In this document: piece by piece, positions 17,739 to 27,131 of the stretch | Position numbering within the stretch: the stretch's first letter is position 1 | How the letters are laid out: each line of letters starts with the position of its first letter | Source: an uncultured virus (IMG/VR IMGVR_UViG_3300032307_001039) | Taxonomy: Duplodnaviria > Heunggongvirae > Uroviricota > Caudoviricetes | IMG/VR virus record: IMGVR_UViG_3300032307_001039 | Strand: one strand, 5' to 3' | DNA: 64,000 bases | Notes under the pieces: model-generated | Databases searched by the model: none | What the model was told of the DNA's origin: nothing | Seen by the model: the letters and a program-made list of their open reading frames with translations, nothing else | Position numbers and translations under genes: made by a program

Positions 17739-17758
17739 CTAAAAAGATAAAAAACGTT
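17630..17758 (+). ncRNA. putative omega/reRNA of TnpB (5' boundary approximate; guide about 17739-17758)
   Basis: Typical tnpB 3'-end text GCCTGTGGAG...ATGAAGCAGGAA, terminal hairpin and TTCAC end. Confidence 0.55.
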
Positions 17759-18029
17759 TAATTATTGCAATTGAAGCTAAAAGAGTCCAAGCCATATTGA
17801 AAAGAATAATGGTTGGTAATGTTTTTTCGGTGCTGCTCCAAATTAAAGCAAATGAAGATAGAAGTGCAAAAATGTATAACCACCAGATTTGGTAGTTAAA
17901 AATTAAACCTGGAAAAATAATAATTAGTTTGACCATAAAAGCTATGAACTCAACAAAATTAACTTTAGTCCAATATTCTTTTTTGGACATCGTGACTAAA
18001 GCATTTTTTATTTTGTCGAAAAAGATCAT
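17739..18029 (-). CDS. small membrane protein (3 TM)
   Basis: Hydrophobic 96-aa ORF coupled to the helicase gene. Confidence 0.7.
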   Translation of the reverse strand: MIFFDKIKNALVTMSKKEYWTKVNFVEFIAFMVKLIIIFPGLIFNYQIWWLYIFALLSSFALIWSSTEKTLPTIILFNMAWTLLASIAIIKRFLSF

Positions 18030-19552
18030 ACGAAATTTACTTTCATTTTTAAAATATCTTTATATATCTTCATTCGCTTTCTGCTTTGTTTAATGGAAAG
18101 TGGATTATCATTTTGAAAGAAATCCCAAATGACAGCATGATGTTTGTCTGTGTGAGCATCTTTTCTAACAGCTCTACCAAATTTTTGTATTACTCTTGTC
18201 GCTGTTACATTACTATCTGCTAAGATTAAATTTTTAATACTTCTGATATCAACACCTGTGCTCCAAATGCTTGAAGCTATCACTATGGCATCTTTATTGT
18301 TTTTAAGATAATCTTTAGCCGCGTCTCTGTCTCGAGTAGAACTATCACCACTTATTAAGACAGCTTCTGGCATTAGTTTTTTTAATAGATCGCCTTGTGC
18401 TATTTTTGAAAATAAAATAAGTACTCTTTCTTTGCTTCTGGCCATTTCCATTATTTTTTGATTTCTTTCTTGATTATATGTGTATAACAAACTTTCATCA
18501 CCATACTCAAGAAATTTTCTAGCATAAATATTTTGATTTTCAACTAATATTTCATAGCCATCATTTTTATATTGATCTATTTCTTCTTCGTTCTTCATTC
18601 GCTTTTTATCATAGATATCATTCCAACTACCAACAACTTCTGGTGGCTGTGAAGAAGTGAAATTAACCATGTTAACTTCTATTTGAGCTAGTACACCTTC
18701 TAATTGTCCTTCTGCAAAACTTTTCTTATATACGATAATACCAATATTAGCATACAGTCTCATTTGTTCATAAGGATTTTCAATGACATCAGCAGTGGCT
18801 GAAAGTCCTATTCTGATACCCGCTTTCTGACAAGAATATAATATTTTTTCTGCTACGTTTGTTCTACCAGTGGTGTGACACTCATCCATGATTATAACAT
18901 CAATATGTGGAAAGAGATGAAAGACATTCATATAGCTCATAATAGACAGAAGTGTAACACGACGGTCATCTTCAATTCGACCATCGCCAACCACTCCAAT
19001 TTCATTTCTTTTGAATTCATATTTATTAATGAGATCTTTTTCTGTTTGGTCAATAAGATCTTTTGAGTTGAAGAGACATAGAATTTTTGCTTTTCCATAA
19101 AGTCTGAGAATGGTAGCCATGATATTACTCTTACCCATACCTGTGGCTATTTGTATAATACCTGAACGATATTTGGCCATGGCTACCACTGCTTCACATT
19201 GATAATCTCTACTTTTTTCTTCTCCAATAATCCATTCTTGAGCTTTAACTTTTTCAAGTATCTCCATGTCAGGTTTTATTGCTTTACGATAGTCATGATA
19301 TTCTATATTAAAATCTTTAGCATAGACTTTAACATATGGATAGAGACCAGTTGGAAACACTCGATCATCGCTCCAATAAAAACATTCGGTTGATTTTTTA
19401 ACACCTCTTAAGACTAAAGGATCATTTCTTAATGCTGTATTTTCAACTGTAAACCTACTAATGATTAATTTTTCAAAGTCTTCTTGTTCGCGTTTGTTTT
19501 TTTGATCATAAATTACTTTACAATGTGTATTACCTATTAATATTTTTATCAT
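18026..19552 (-). CDS. uvsW: SF2 DExH helicase, UvsW-like
   Basis: RDYQ, ATGMGKS, IMDECH, GLSAT, STGVDI, IQKFGRAVR; adjacent to UvsX/SSB genes. Confidence 0.85.
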   Translation of the reverse strand: MIKILIGNTHCKVIYDQKNKREQEDFEKLIISRFTVENTALRNDPLVLRGVKKSTECFYWSDDRVFPTGLYPYVKVYAKDFNIEYHDYRKAIKPDMEILEKVKAQEWIIGEEKSRDYQCEAVVAMAKYRSGIIQIATGMGKSNIMATILRLYGKAKILCLFNSKDLIDQTEKDLINKYEFKRNEIGVVGDGRIEDDRRVTLLSIMSYMNVFHLFPHIDVIIMDECHTTGRTNVAEKILYSCQKAGIRIGLSATADVIENPYEQMRLYANIGIIVYKKSFAEGQLEGVLAQIEVNMVNFTSSQPPEVVGSWNDIYDKKRMKNEEEIDQYKNDGYEILVENQNIYARKFLEYGDESLLYTYNQERNQKIMEMARSKERVLILFSKIAQGDLLKKLMPEAVLISGDSSTRDRDAAKDYLKNNKDAIVIASSIWSTGVDIRSIKNLILADSNVTATRVIQKFGRAVRKDAHTDKHHAVIWDFFQNDNPLSIKQSRKRMKIYKDILKMKVNFV

Positions 19553-19555
19553 TTT

Positions 19556-19999
19556 TCACTCTTGAAATATTTTTATATTTTTTAATTTTTCTAAATCTAA
19601 TTTTATTATACTCTTTTCAAAATACCCAAAACAGTTTGCATAATAATCATATTCAAGTTTCTGTTCTTTGAAGTCACAATAATGATTTTTATAATGTGTA
19701 CACTTCCTACAGTATCTTTTACCAGTAAATGGCATATATTGAAACTCGAAACTTAAATACCTGATTGGTATTTTTTTGTTTTCTTCAAAATGAAAAATTC
19801 TTTCATGTGTATATATGGTGTCACTTACCATATCTAATGTATACTCTGGTGCGATTGAAAGTCTATTAATTAAATAAAATAAAACATAGTTAATATTACC
19901 TTGTCTTCTTTCCATGTATCTGTTTTGTGGTTGATAAGAAAACAATTCTTGTATCCTGTCATCTCTTTTAAAAATTGCTTTTTCTATTTTAATTTTCAT
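19556..19999 (-). CDS. hypothetical protein with Cys cluster (possible Zn binding)
   Basis: CRKCTHYKNHYC...C. Confidence 0.6.
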   Translation of the reverse strand: MKIKIEKAIFKRDDRIQELFSYQPQNRYMERRQGNINYVLFYLINRLSIAPEYTLDMVSDTIYTHERIFHFEENKKIPIRYLSFEFQYMPFTGKRYCRKCTHYKNHYCDFKEQKLEYDYYANCFGYFEKSIIKLDLEKLKNIKIFQE

Positions 20000-20253
20000 A
20001 AAAATATCTTATTTATTTCTTTTGCAAATATCATACCACATGTTGTACCTATTCCTGCGCCTAGTGAATAAATTATTCTTTCAATCATAGTTGACGTACT
20101 AATCTTTTTAACGTTGAATGTCCAAATAAAAGCAATTAAAAAACCAACAACTGTCACTTGAATTGGCATGTCATTGGCTATTTGCCAAATATTGTATGCG
20201 CCTAAAAAAAGCTGTATAAAAGAAGAGAAAAATAAGAAAAAATAATTTCTCAT
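19996..20253 (-). CDS. small membrane protein (3 TM)
   Basis: Hydrophobic 85-aa ORF. Confidence 0.65.
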   Translation of the reverse strand: MRNYFFLFFSSFIQLFLGAYNIWQIANDMPIQVTVVGFLIAFIWTFNVKKISTSTMIERIIYSLGAGIGTTCGMIFAKEINKIFL

Positions 20254-20275
20254 GCTTTATACAGCTTATTATATA

Positions 20276-21532
20276 TTAAGCTACTGCTGATTCTTCAAGA
20301 AGATTGAGATCTTCATAGTCAATGTCTTCGTCTATTTCTGCTTCTTCAACTTCAACAAGACCGCCAGTAATCTCAATAATTTTATCTTCTAGTTGTTTTT
20401 CCCAAATTGCAAAAAGATCATCTTCGCCCTTTGGCCAGTTTTTGATAAAATTCTCTTCATCTTTTACTTTCCAGCTGTGTTCTTTTTGATCTTCAGGGTT
20501 TATCCATTTTATGGTATTACTATCGCCGAGTTCTCCCATAACTGAAGCTTTTGCTGATGAAGTGACAATCGTATGTTGAACTAATATTTCTGTAATACCA
20601 AAATATTTTTCTACGCCACGGCCAAAATTAAATTTCAACCAGCACTGTCTACCTTTGTATTGAAATCTATTTTTTTCTGTTCTTACTCTCATTTTAATAG
20701 CGATAGGAATTTTAGTTTTTTCGTCTTCTATATCTTTATTTGAAACTATTTCTAAAGAAAGAGAAGAAGCGTAACCGAAACCACTACCTTTTGCGTTTGT
20801 TACCATTTTAGGACCAAACATAACGCCTATGTTAGCTGTTTTATGTGCAATACCTATTACAGTTAGTTTTGCTAATCTGAATTGTTGTGTAAGGTTTCTA
20901 AAAAGAGCTCTTAGTTTCTGTTGTGGAGTCATGTCTCTTTTGTCATCATCTTTTTGAATATCTTCGTATTCTTTTTCAGATGTTAATTGTGACACGGAAT
21001 CTATAACAAAAGTTATTTCTTTTCTATTTTCTTCTGGTATTGATAATTGTTTGTTGATAAGTTTATTGAGAATAGAAGTTAGTTTTTCTATGGTTATTGG
21101 CTTTATTTCTCCGCTTTTATCTTGGCTTGGCCCTATAATCATAATTTTTTTTGCTATTGCTTCGCTTCCTATGATTTTACTAGTAAACTCAATGCCTCCA
21201 GCATCTTCAACTTCTAATTTAATTCCTATACCGCCACGTTTAATTTGTTCACCTAAAAAAATATCAGCTACAAAACTTTTTCCGCGGCCCGATTCACCAC
21301 TTATAATTATTGCCTTTGTACCAGGCATCGCACCTTTACTCTTAAAGCTGCCAGAAACTACCCAGTTAAGCGCAAATGTACCGGGGATCCAAAAAGGAAC
21401 CTGTTCTCTTCCCTCTAACGCCTCAATCTGTATTCCTTCCACATTTTTAGAAAGAAAGGAAGCTATTTCTAAATCAAAAGCGTCCTTGTCGGACGCTTCA
21501 GTTTTTTTTGTTACTTTTGTTGCTTTTGCCAT
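20276..21532 (-). CDS. uvsX: RecA/UvsX-like recombinase
   Basis: ALNWVVSG, Walker A GESGRGKS, Walker B FVIDSV, G.GF.YASS, KNRF; acidic tail. Confidence 0.88.
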   Translation of the reverse strand: MAKATKVTKKTEASDKDAFDLEIASFLSKNVEGIQIEALEGREQVPFWIPGTFALNWVVSGSFKSKGAMPGTKAIIISGESGRGKSFVADIFLGEQIKRGGIGIKLEVEDAGGIEFTSKIIGSEAIAKKIMIIGPSQDKSGEIKPITIEKLTSILNKLINKQLSIPEENRKEITFVIDSVSQLTSEKEYEDIQKDDDKRDMTPQQKLRALFRNLTQQFRLAKLTVIGIAHKTANIGVMFGPKMVTNAKGSGFGYASSLSLEIVSNKDIEDEKTKIPIAIKMRVRTEKNRFQYKGRQCWLKFNFGRGVEKYFGITEILVQHTIVTSSAKASVMGELGDSNTIKWINPEDQKEHSWKVKDEENFIKNWPKGEDDLFAIWEKQLEDKIIEITGGLVEVEEAEIDEDIDYEDLNLLEESAVA

Positions 21533-21534
21533 TT

Positions 21535-22509
21535 TTAATCCTCGTCAGCAAGAAGTTGAGCTTTTAATTCATCTTCGTTAAAATCATCTGGAGTTGCTGC
21601 AACAGTAACTTCAGGTTTTTTAACTTTCGTAATTGGTAATTCACTTGTCTGGGTCTCGGGTTTTGTGTTAGAACTACCATTACCTATGTTTGCTTTTGTC
21701 ATACAAAGATTAAAATGTTTCATGACATCATCATAGCTGTTAACATATTTAACGTATGTGTTTAAATCATGACCTATATGTTGACCATTAATATACATCA
21801 CTTTTTTATCTTCAGCAGATAAAGCTCTTGCACCTTTATTGGCCACTGGGAATGTTTGATCATAACTAATATCCCATGGATTAATACCGTTCTTCTTTTT
21901 GATTATTTTAAGATCAAATCCTTCTTCTATATCTACTAAATCAAAGTAGGTAGCATCGGGATCATACTCCCATTTTTTATCTGGGAACCATCTGTCTTGT
22001 GTATCTTTACAAAATGGAATACCCATGATAGAGCATATTCTGCTTGCTAATTTACCATCACTTGAATTATCAATAAGAACCTTTAGTTCTGGTTTACCAT
22101 CTTCAGTATAAACTAATGCATTGAAATAAAAAGATCTCTTTCTTTTAATTTTACCTGCAAATGTCTTGATCGCATCAGTGCCTGTTTTATACATTTCAGC
22201 AACACGATCGTCAATTGGATCATTGATATATGCATTAACTTCTTTAGAGAAAACTTTTCTAGGCACAAATAGTTTGATGTCTTTTTCTCCATCAAAACCT
22301 TTTTCAAGATAGTGATAAGAATGTGTTACATATGGATATTCGAAAGTTCCATCTTCTTTAAAGCGTGGTAGAATTCTAATTTTTACTGGTTTGTTTTCTT
22401 CAGGATAGAATTCATTTTCATTCTTGTTAGAATTACTAGTGGTTTTGGTTTCTGTCATTTCTTTAAGAGCGACTTGTCTTAATTGTTCGAGGTAACTTGT
22501 TGTTTTCAT
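21535..22509 (-). CDS. gp32-like single-stranded DNA-binding protein
   Basis: IRILP...HSYH, FYFNALV, D..EGFDLKIIK...SYD, acidic C-terminus; directly upstream of uvsX. Confidence 0.75.
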   Translation of the reverse strand: MKTTSYLEQLRQVALKEMTETKTTSNSNKNENEFYPEENKPVKIRILPRFKEDGTFEYPYVTHSYHYLEKGFDGEKDIKLFVPRKVFSKEVNAYINDPIDDRVAEMYKTGTDAIKTFAGKIKRKRSFYFNALVYTEDGKPELKVLIDNSSDGKLASRICSIMGIPFCKDTQDRWFPDKKWEYDPDATYFDLVDIEEGFDLKIIKKKNGINPWDISYDQTFPVANKGARALSAEDKKVMYINGQHIGHDLNTYVKYVNSYDDVMKHFNLCMTKANIGNGSSNTKPETQTSELPITKVKKPEVTVAATPDDFNEDELKAQLLADED

Positions 22510-22578
22510 TTTGTTGTCCTTTTGTGTTTTAATTTGTTTTTAATCGATAAAAATCTTTAATTTTTATCTTTATGACCT

Positions 22579-22608
22579 ATTATATAAAATAATAACGATG
22601 ATTGTTTA
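22579..22608 (-). promoter_or_regulatory. sigma70-like promoter TAAACA-N18-TATAAT (SSB-uvsX operon)
   Basis: Direct reading on the minus strand. Confidence 0.65.
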
Positions 22609-22621
22609 AAAAAGAAAAAAT

Positions 22622-22648
22622 AAAAAAGCGCCTTACGACGCTTTTTTT
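22622..22648 (-). terminator. intrinsic terminator
   Basis: Minus strand GCGTC-GTAA-GGCGC-TTTTTT (GNRA loop). Confidence 0.75.
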
Positions 22649-22654
22649 AGTGAT

Positions 22655-22915
22655 TTAACGATATGAACCTTCTGCATAGATAAATAAACCAAGATCCTCA
22701 ATTACTCTCATGACATGATGTCGAGGCATATTGATGATTTTTCCAATTCTTCTTGGTCCCATTCCATCGTTATACATTTTTTCAATTTGTTTAACCTTTG
22801 TTCTGTTTGTGGTTGCTTTTTTGGTTGCAGTGGTTGTTAGTGTATTTCTAACCTTTGTTGTTTTTGCAGCAGTTGTTTTTTTTGCTGTTTTTGTTGTTGC
22901 TAAAGTTTTAGCCAT
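22655..22915 (-). CDS. small basic DNA-binding protein: K/T/A-rich histone-like tail plus HTH
   Basis: AKTLATTKTAKKTTAAKTTK... then MYNDGMGPRRIGKIINMPRHHVMRVI; AAGGAG SD. Confidence 0.7.
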   Translation of the reverse strand: MAKTLATTKTAKKTTAAKTTKVRNTLTTTATKKATTNRTKVKQIEKMYNDGMGPRRIGKIINMPRHHVMRVIEDLGLFIYAEGSYR

Positions 22916-23172
22916 TTAAATCTCCTTGATTTTTAAATTTAATATATTCTAATATATCGATTACAAAAGTTTAATGGATATATTTTAAAAATTTTTTTTT
23001 TAAATATTTTCTTCAATTGGTAAAACTAGATATTTTGGTTCTCTTTCTTCCATAATTGAAAGAGAGAGCTCAATGCCATTATATAATCCCAAATTATAAT
23101 GATCATGATCAAATGATTGAAGCTGAACGTCTCTCATTGATCTTAAATCAATTATTTTGTTTTTTATATTTC

Positions 23173-23979
23173 TCATTTAATTGCCTTCTTACAGTGTCTA
23201 TTAAATTCACACCATTTACAGCGATCTCGACTTGGATTATACAATTTGCTATCCTCAGCCATTTGATGATTCATAATGAATTGTTTAATCATCTTCAAAA
23301 ATAATTCATCTATATTTTCGTGCATATGAGTTGAGTTAACAAAAATCATTGAGTCATCTATGTCGAAAACTATATATGAAAATCCTTGTGGATTTTTTTC
23401 TTTAGAAAAATAAAGATATGAAACACATTGAGGATCTTCTTGCCAATTAACAAAAAAATAATTAGTTGGATGTTTTGTATTTTTAAAATCAAATAACCAA
23501 AGATCTTTGTTTTCATTTACCACTTGTAAATCAATAATAGATGTGTTATTAATTCTTATATTATCAACTTCTATCATGGTGTTTATTTCATCTTCGTGTT
23601 TCACTTCGCCTTGCGGTAAAAATCTTTTTAAGAATCTAAAGACATTTGGCAACCATTTTTCTGCTTCACCTATCAAACGATCTTCGTTGAACATACGTGG
23701 TTTACCAATCTTAAAGCCATTAGCCACTTGTGAATTTTTTTCTTGTTGATAGTATTTAATAAATGGTGGTAAATTGTATTTCTTATAGTCACTTAATTTT
23801 TTAATGTCTTGTGTTTTGTGTAAATTATCTTCTATGTATTTATGTATAGCAGATCCGAAAATCGTGCCTGGCCATGTTAATTTTTCGACTTCTATATTTT
23901 TCACATATCTAAAATAATATTTTCCAAGACAGTCTAGTTGTAGCTTATATCGACTAACACTGTATTTTATTTCTTCCAT
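23173..23979 (-). CDS. PD-(D/E)XK nuclease (RecB/Cas4-like)
   Basis: SVSR...C..KYYFRYV, FGSAIH, IIDL...LFDFKN, Q..SY, C-terminal CKWCEF...C. Confidence 0.85.
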   Translation of the reverse strand: MEEIKYSVSRYKLQLDCLGKYYFRYVKNIEVEKLTWPGTIFGSAIHKYIEDNLHKTQDIKKLSDYKKYNLPPFIKYYQQEKNSQVANGFKIGKPRMFNEDRLIGEAEKWLPNVFRFLKRFLPQGEVKHEDEINTMIEVDNIRINNTSIIDLQVVNENKDLWLFDFKNTKHPTNYFFVNWQEDPQCVSYLYFSKEKNPQGFSYIVFDIDDSMIFVNSTHMHENIDELFLKMIKQFIMNHQMAEDSKLYNPSRDRCKWCEFNRHCKKAIK

Positions 23980-23984
23980 CTCCT

Positions 23985-24014
23985 ATTATATTAAGAAATT
24001 ATAATTATTGTACA
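23985..24014 (-). promoter_or_regulatory. sigma70-like promoter TGTACA-N18-TATAAT
   Basis: Direct reading, just upstream of the nuclease ATG. Confidence 0.55.
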
Positions 24015-24106
24015 GATTTTTTTTTTAAACACCTACCTTACTTGAAAAAATAAAATACACAGAGGAGAAAAGAGAGAGGGTTTTAAATCTTTTTAAAATA
24101 TATAAT

Positions 24107-24802
24107 ATGCATAATACATTTTACACTTATACTGATTTATTAGATTTTATTGATGACATTATCAAGAATAAAAAAATATGGACTAAATATGGCATGATTC
24201 ATAGTTTTACCATAGCTAATGTTTTGACTCCACTAACAGAAGGTTATATTTCTCTGTTTGTTAGAAATAATAATATTATTCAAAATTTAAGTAAACAAGT
24301 TTTTACACTAGCTCAGTTTAAGAATATTATTTTTTCTAATCAAGTGCAGGGAATTGAGGTCTATAAGAAAAAATTTCCTCTTAAAAGTGTAGATGAAGTT
24401 TTAATTGATTGGAATAATTTAACGCTTGTTGAGAGAGATGAGTATATAGATCTCGGTAATAAATTTACTGATGAACTAGATAAATTTCCTACATTTATTT
24501 TTCCTGATGTGATAACACAACCACCTTCACAAGAAGTTGTGCCAGAACAAATGATTAATTTAAAAGATATTTTTCATTTAGATACTGGATTACATCGTTT
24601 TGTAATTAACAATGAAATACTTTTTCATGTTTATCATGACTATCATAAAAATGAATATTTAATAACCAGACTATCAAGTTTGATAACAGAAACATATGAC
24701 ACAGTTGACAAAATAAACGTTTTAATTGGTGAAGGTCAATTAGTTTTACAAAATAAAACAGAAGACAGTATTACTATTAGAAAATATAGCAATTATATTT
24801 AA
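24107..24802 (+). CDS. hypothetical protein
   Basis: 231-aa ORF. Confidence 0.65.
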   Translation: MHNTFYTYTDLLDFIDDIIKNKKIWTKYGMIHSFTIANVLTPLTEGYISLFVRNNNIIQNLSKQVFTLAQFKNIIFSNQVQGIEVYKKKFPLKSVDEVLIDWNNLTLVERDEYIDLGNKFTDELDKFPTFIFPDVITQPPSQEVVPEQMINLKDIFHLDTGLHRFVINNEILFHVYHDYHKNEYLITRLSSLITETYDTVDKINVLIGEGQLVLQNKTEDSITIRKYSNYI

Positions 24803-24820
24803 CGGCTATATTTTCATTTT

Positions 24821-25213
24821 TTAAATGTGATTTTCTAGTTTGTCTATATGAATTTCATAGCCTCTTCTTAGAAATGAGTATGAGGCTGTTTTTGATTCAA
24901 ATAATTCTTTTATATATTTAACTGTTTCTGTAGGTTCAAATTGTTTACAAGAAAAAAGATCAACGTGTGCTGAATCATCACCTTCTACAAAATGTCCCGT
25001 GAGATTACTTTCTTCGAGAAACAGAATAGCTGAATAACCTGTTACTTTAGGATCTTTACCAAAATGAATTAATTGTGTTTCGCCATAAGGTGTCATTTCT
25101 ACATATTTGACTATTTTAGAAAATGAATCACTAATAAATTCACCACTCCTGATTTTCTCAGGATTACAATTTTGTAATGTTACATGTAAAGAATATCCCC
25201 AAATATTATTCAC
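24821..25213 (-). CDS. divergent pyruvoyl-dependent AdoMetDC-family decarboxylase proenzyme
   Basis: GYSAILFLEESNLTGHF...HVDLFSCK (E/S cleavage site). Confidence 0.8.
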   Translation of the reverse strand: MNNIWGYSLHVTLQNCNPEKIRSGEFISDSFSKIVKYVEMTPYGETQLIHFGKDPKVTGYSAILFLEESNLTGHFVEGDDSAHVDLFSCKQFEPTETVKYIKELFESKTASYSFLRRGYEIHIDKLENHI

Positions 25214-25574
25214 TTTGTTTTCCTCTTGCTAAATTTATGATTTTATTTTTTTTACTTTTTAGTTTTTCTACTATTTGTTTAACACCGTCTTCTGGTCGAC
25301 ATCGACCACCACATGTAAAAATATCTACATGAGCGTATTCATGTTCAGGATATGTATGAATACTGATATGACTTTCTGAAAGAATCCAAACTCCTGTTAT
25401 ACCATTTGGATTAAATTTAAAGTCTTGATATTTTAGAGGTGTTGCTCCTGAAGCAAGTGCTGCTTCTTTTAAAATTTTTTTTATTTTCTTTTTATCGTTT
25501 AATATTTCTTTGTCGCATTGCCAAAGATCAGCTATACAATGATCGCCTTCAACATTATATTGTTCCTGTTCCAA
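25206..25574 (-). CDS. speD: S-adenosylmethionine decarboxylase proenzyme (class 1b)
   Basis: G.H.IADL, F.P.GITG...LSESHISIHTYPE...VDIFTCG. Confidence 0.88.
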   Translation of the reverse strand: MEQEQYNVEGDHCIADLWQCDKEILNDKKKIKKILKEAALASGATPLKYQDFKFNPNGITGVWILSESHISIHTYPEHEYAHVDIFTCGGRCRPEDGVKQIVEKLKSKKNKIINLARGKQSE

Positions 25575-25695
25575 TCTTTTTCATTTTCCTCCAAAACTAT
25601 ATTTATAGTATAATATTATGTTTTAATGTTGTTTAAAAAAAAATAGTTTTTTATAAAAAAAAATTTAAACATTATATCATTTGGAAATATATCAT

Positions 25696-26139
25696 ATGGC
25701 TATTGAGATGAGTACTATTATGAATTATGTGTCAATTATAAACATTTTTATAATTCCGACCTTGATGTTTTCTTTGAAATATTTTATAGTGGATATTAGC
25801 AAAAAACAGATAGATGAATTTCGTAGCGAAATCAATAAAGAGATAGATAAAGTTGATGTATCTTATTCAAAAGGGTATGTAAAAATGGAAGCGAAATTGC
25901 AAACTATCGATGAAAAACTAGATAAATACATTTCGGAAAATCAAAAGTTAATCATAGACATAAAAGTAAAACTCAACGAAATAGAAACTCAAAACTCTAA
26001 AATAAACTTTTTAGACAGAGATCTACAAGAAAACAAAAAGCATATCGAAAAAGTTTCAGAAGACTCAGAAAAACGAATCAACGAAATAAGCCAAAGGATC
26101 AATAGCAGAATTGACGACTTTATAAGTCGAAACAGATAG
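25696..26139 (+). CDS. N-terminal TM + coiled-coil protein (possible lysis accessory)
   Basis: Hydrophobic N-terminus then heptad-rich charged region. Confidence 0.6.
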   Translation: MAIEMSTIMNYVSIINIFIIPTLMFSLKYFIVDISKKQIDEFRSEINKEIDKVDVSYSKGYVKMEAKLQTIDEKLDKYISENQKLIIDIKVKLNEIETQNSKINFLDRDLQENKKHIEKVSEDSEKRINEISQRINSRIDDFISRNR

Positions 26140-26149
26140 GAGAAAAAAT

Positions 26150-26530
26150 ATGGATTGGTTAACAGAAATTTTTAATAAAAATTTTGACATGTACTTTATG
26201 ATTTTAGTTATTCTTGGCAATAACATTATCTTAAATCATTTACCAGAAAGGGTGTTAAATTTTTATAAATCTAAAACATACCTAACGGCAATAAACAGTA
26301 TTTTAATGGGCGTAGGGTATTTTTATCTCGATAAATATTTTAGAATAGAAGCTGAACCTTTAAACATGAAAGTGTTGGTTAACTCTTTTTTATTAAGTAC
26401 TACACTTTATGAAATGGGATTAAAAGAAGTTATTACCTACATTAAAGATAATGGCAAAAACTTTTTACTAAAGAAAGCAGCAGAAAAATTAGAAGTAGCT
26501 CCTAAACAAGAACCACCTCAAAACGGATAA
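26150..26530 (+). CDS. membrane protein, holin-like topology
   Basis: Three hydrophobic segments and charged C-tail; AGGAG SD; holin role is inference only. Confidence 0.55.
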   Translation: MDWLTEIFNKNFDMYFMILVILGNNIILNHLPERVLNFYKSKTYLTAINSILMGVGYFYLDKYFRIEAEPLNMKVLVNSFLLSTTLYEMGLKEVITYIKDNGKNFLLKKAAEKLEVAPKQEPPQNG

Positions 26531-26535
26531 TATAG

Positions 26536-26558
26536 TAAGAGCACACAAAGTGCTCTTA
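26536..26558. terminator. hairpin between convergent genes (bidirectional terminator)
   Basis: TAAGAGCAC-ACAAA-GTGCTCTTA perfect 9-bp stem. Confidence 0.7.
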
Positions 26559-26798
26559 TTTAGAAAAAGTTATTTGATCACCAAGACTTAACCAGACTTT
26601 TTTATTTCCCTCTTCGTAATAAAGATCTTTCATTACTTCATATTTCTTTTTAACATTATTTTTATTACGAACTCGCTTTAAAGCTCCTGGATTAAAATTA
26701 GGTGAAATAAATCTATCTGCTATTTTTTGATCTTTTTGTTTTAAAGCTTCATAAGTAAAAACATTACTTTTTGCTTCAATCACTACTTCTTTGCTCAT
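26556..26798 (-). CDS. hypothetical protein
   Basis: 80-aa ORF. Confidence 0.55.
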   Translation of the reverse strand: MSKEVVIEAKSNVFTYEALKQKDQKIADRFISPNFNPGALKRVRNKNNVKKKYEVMKDLYYEEGNKKVWLSLGDQITFSK

Positions 26799-27066
26799 CT
26801 TTAACCTCTACAATTTTTTCTTCTATTTTTTCTTTATTTTCTTCTAAAGCTTTTTGCATGCTTTGTAAAAAAAGATTTGAAATAAAAAGATTAACATCCC
26901 AAAAAGGATCTAATTTTTTCATTCTTTTAATCCATCTTTTGCCACGATCACCATAACTAACAGATAATTGTGTCTGTCCTTCAGGTGCATCGAAATGAAA
27001 ATCATCAATTACTTTAGAAAATTCTTGTAAAGCAATTCGATCCGAATCTCTACCAGTTACATTCAT
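26776..27066 (-). CDS. hypothetical protein
   Basis: 96-aa ORF. Confidence 0.55.
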   Translation of the reverse strand: MNVTGRDSDRIALQEFSKVIDDFHFDAPEGQTQLSVSYGDRGKRWIKRMKKLDPFWDVNLFISNLFLQSMQKALEENKEKIEEKIVEVKDEQRSSD

Positions 27067-27131
27067 GCTTTATTTTATATTAAAAATATAATTTTTTGTC
27101 TAAAAAGTTATATTTTATAAAAAATATTAAC

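Noticed and set aside
21051..21581. Antisense and alternate-frame ORFs (e.g. 21051-21581, 41535-42038, 14051-14368, 62233-62508, 23056-23304)
   Set aside because: Shadows of well-supported genes, with no motifs or ribosome-binding sites
23173..23979. Cas4 as part of a CRISPR-Cas locus
   Set aside because: No other cas genes or array; solo PD-(D/E)XK nucleases are common in phage recombination modules
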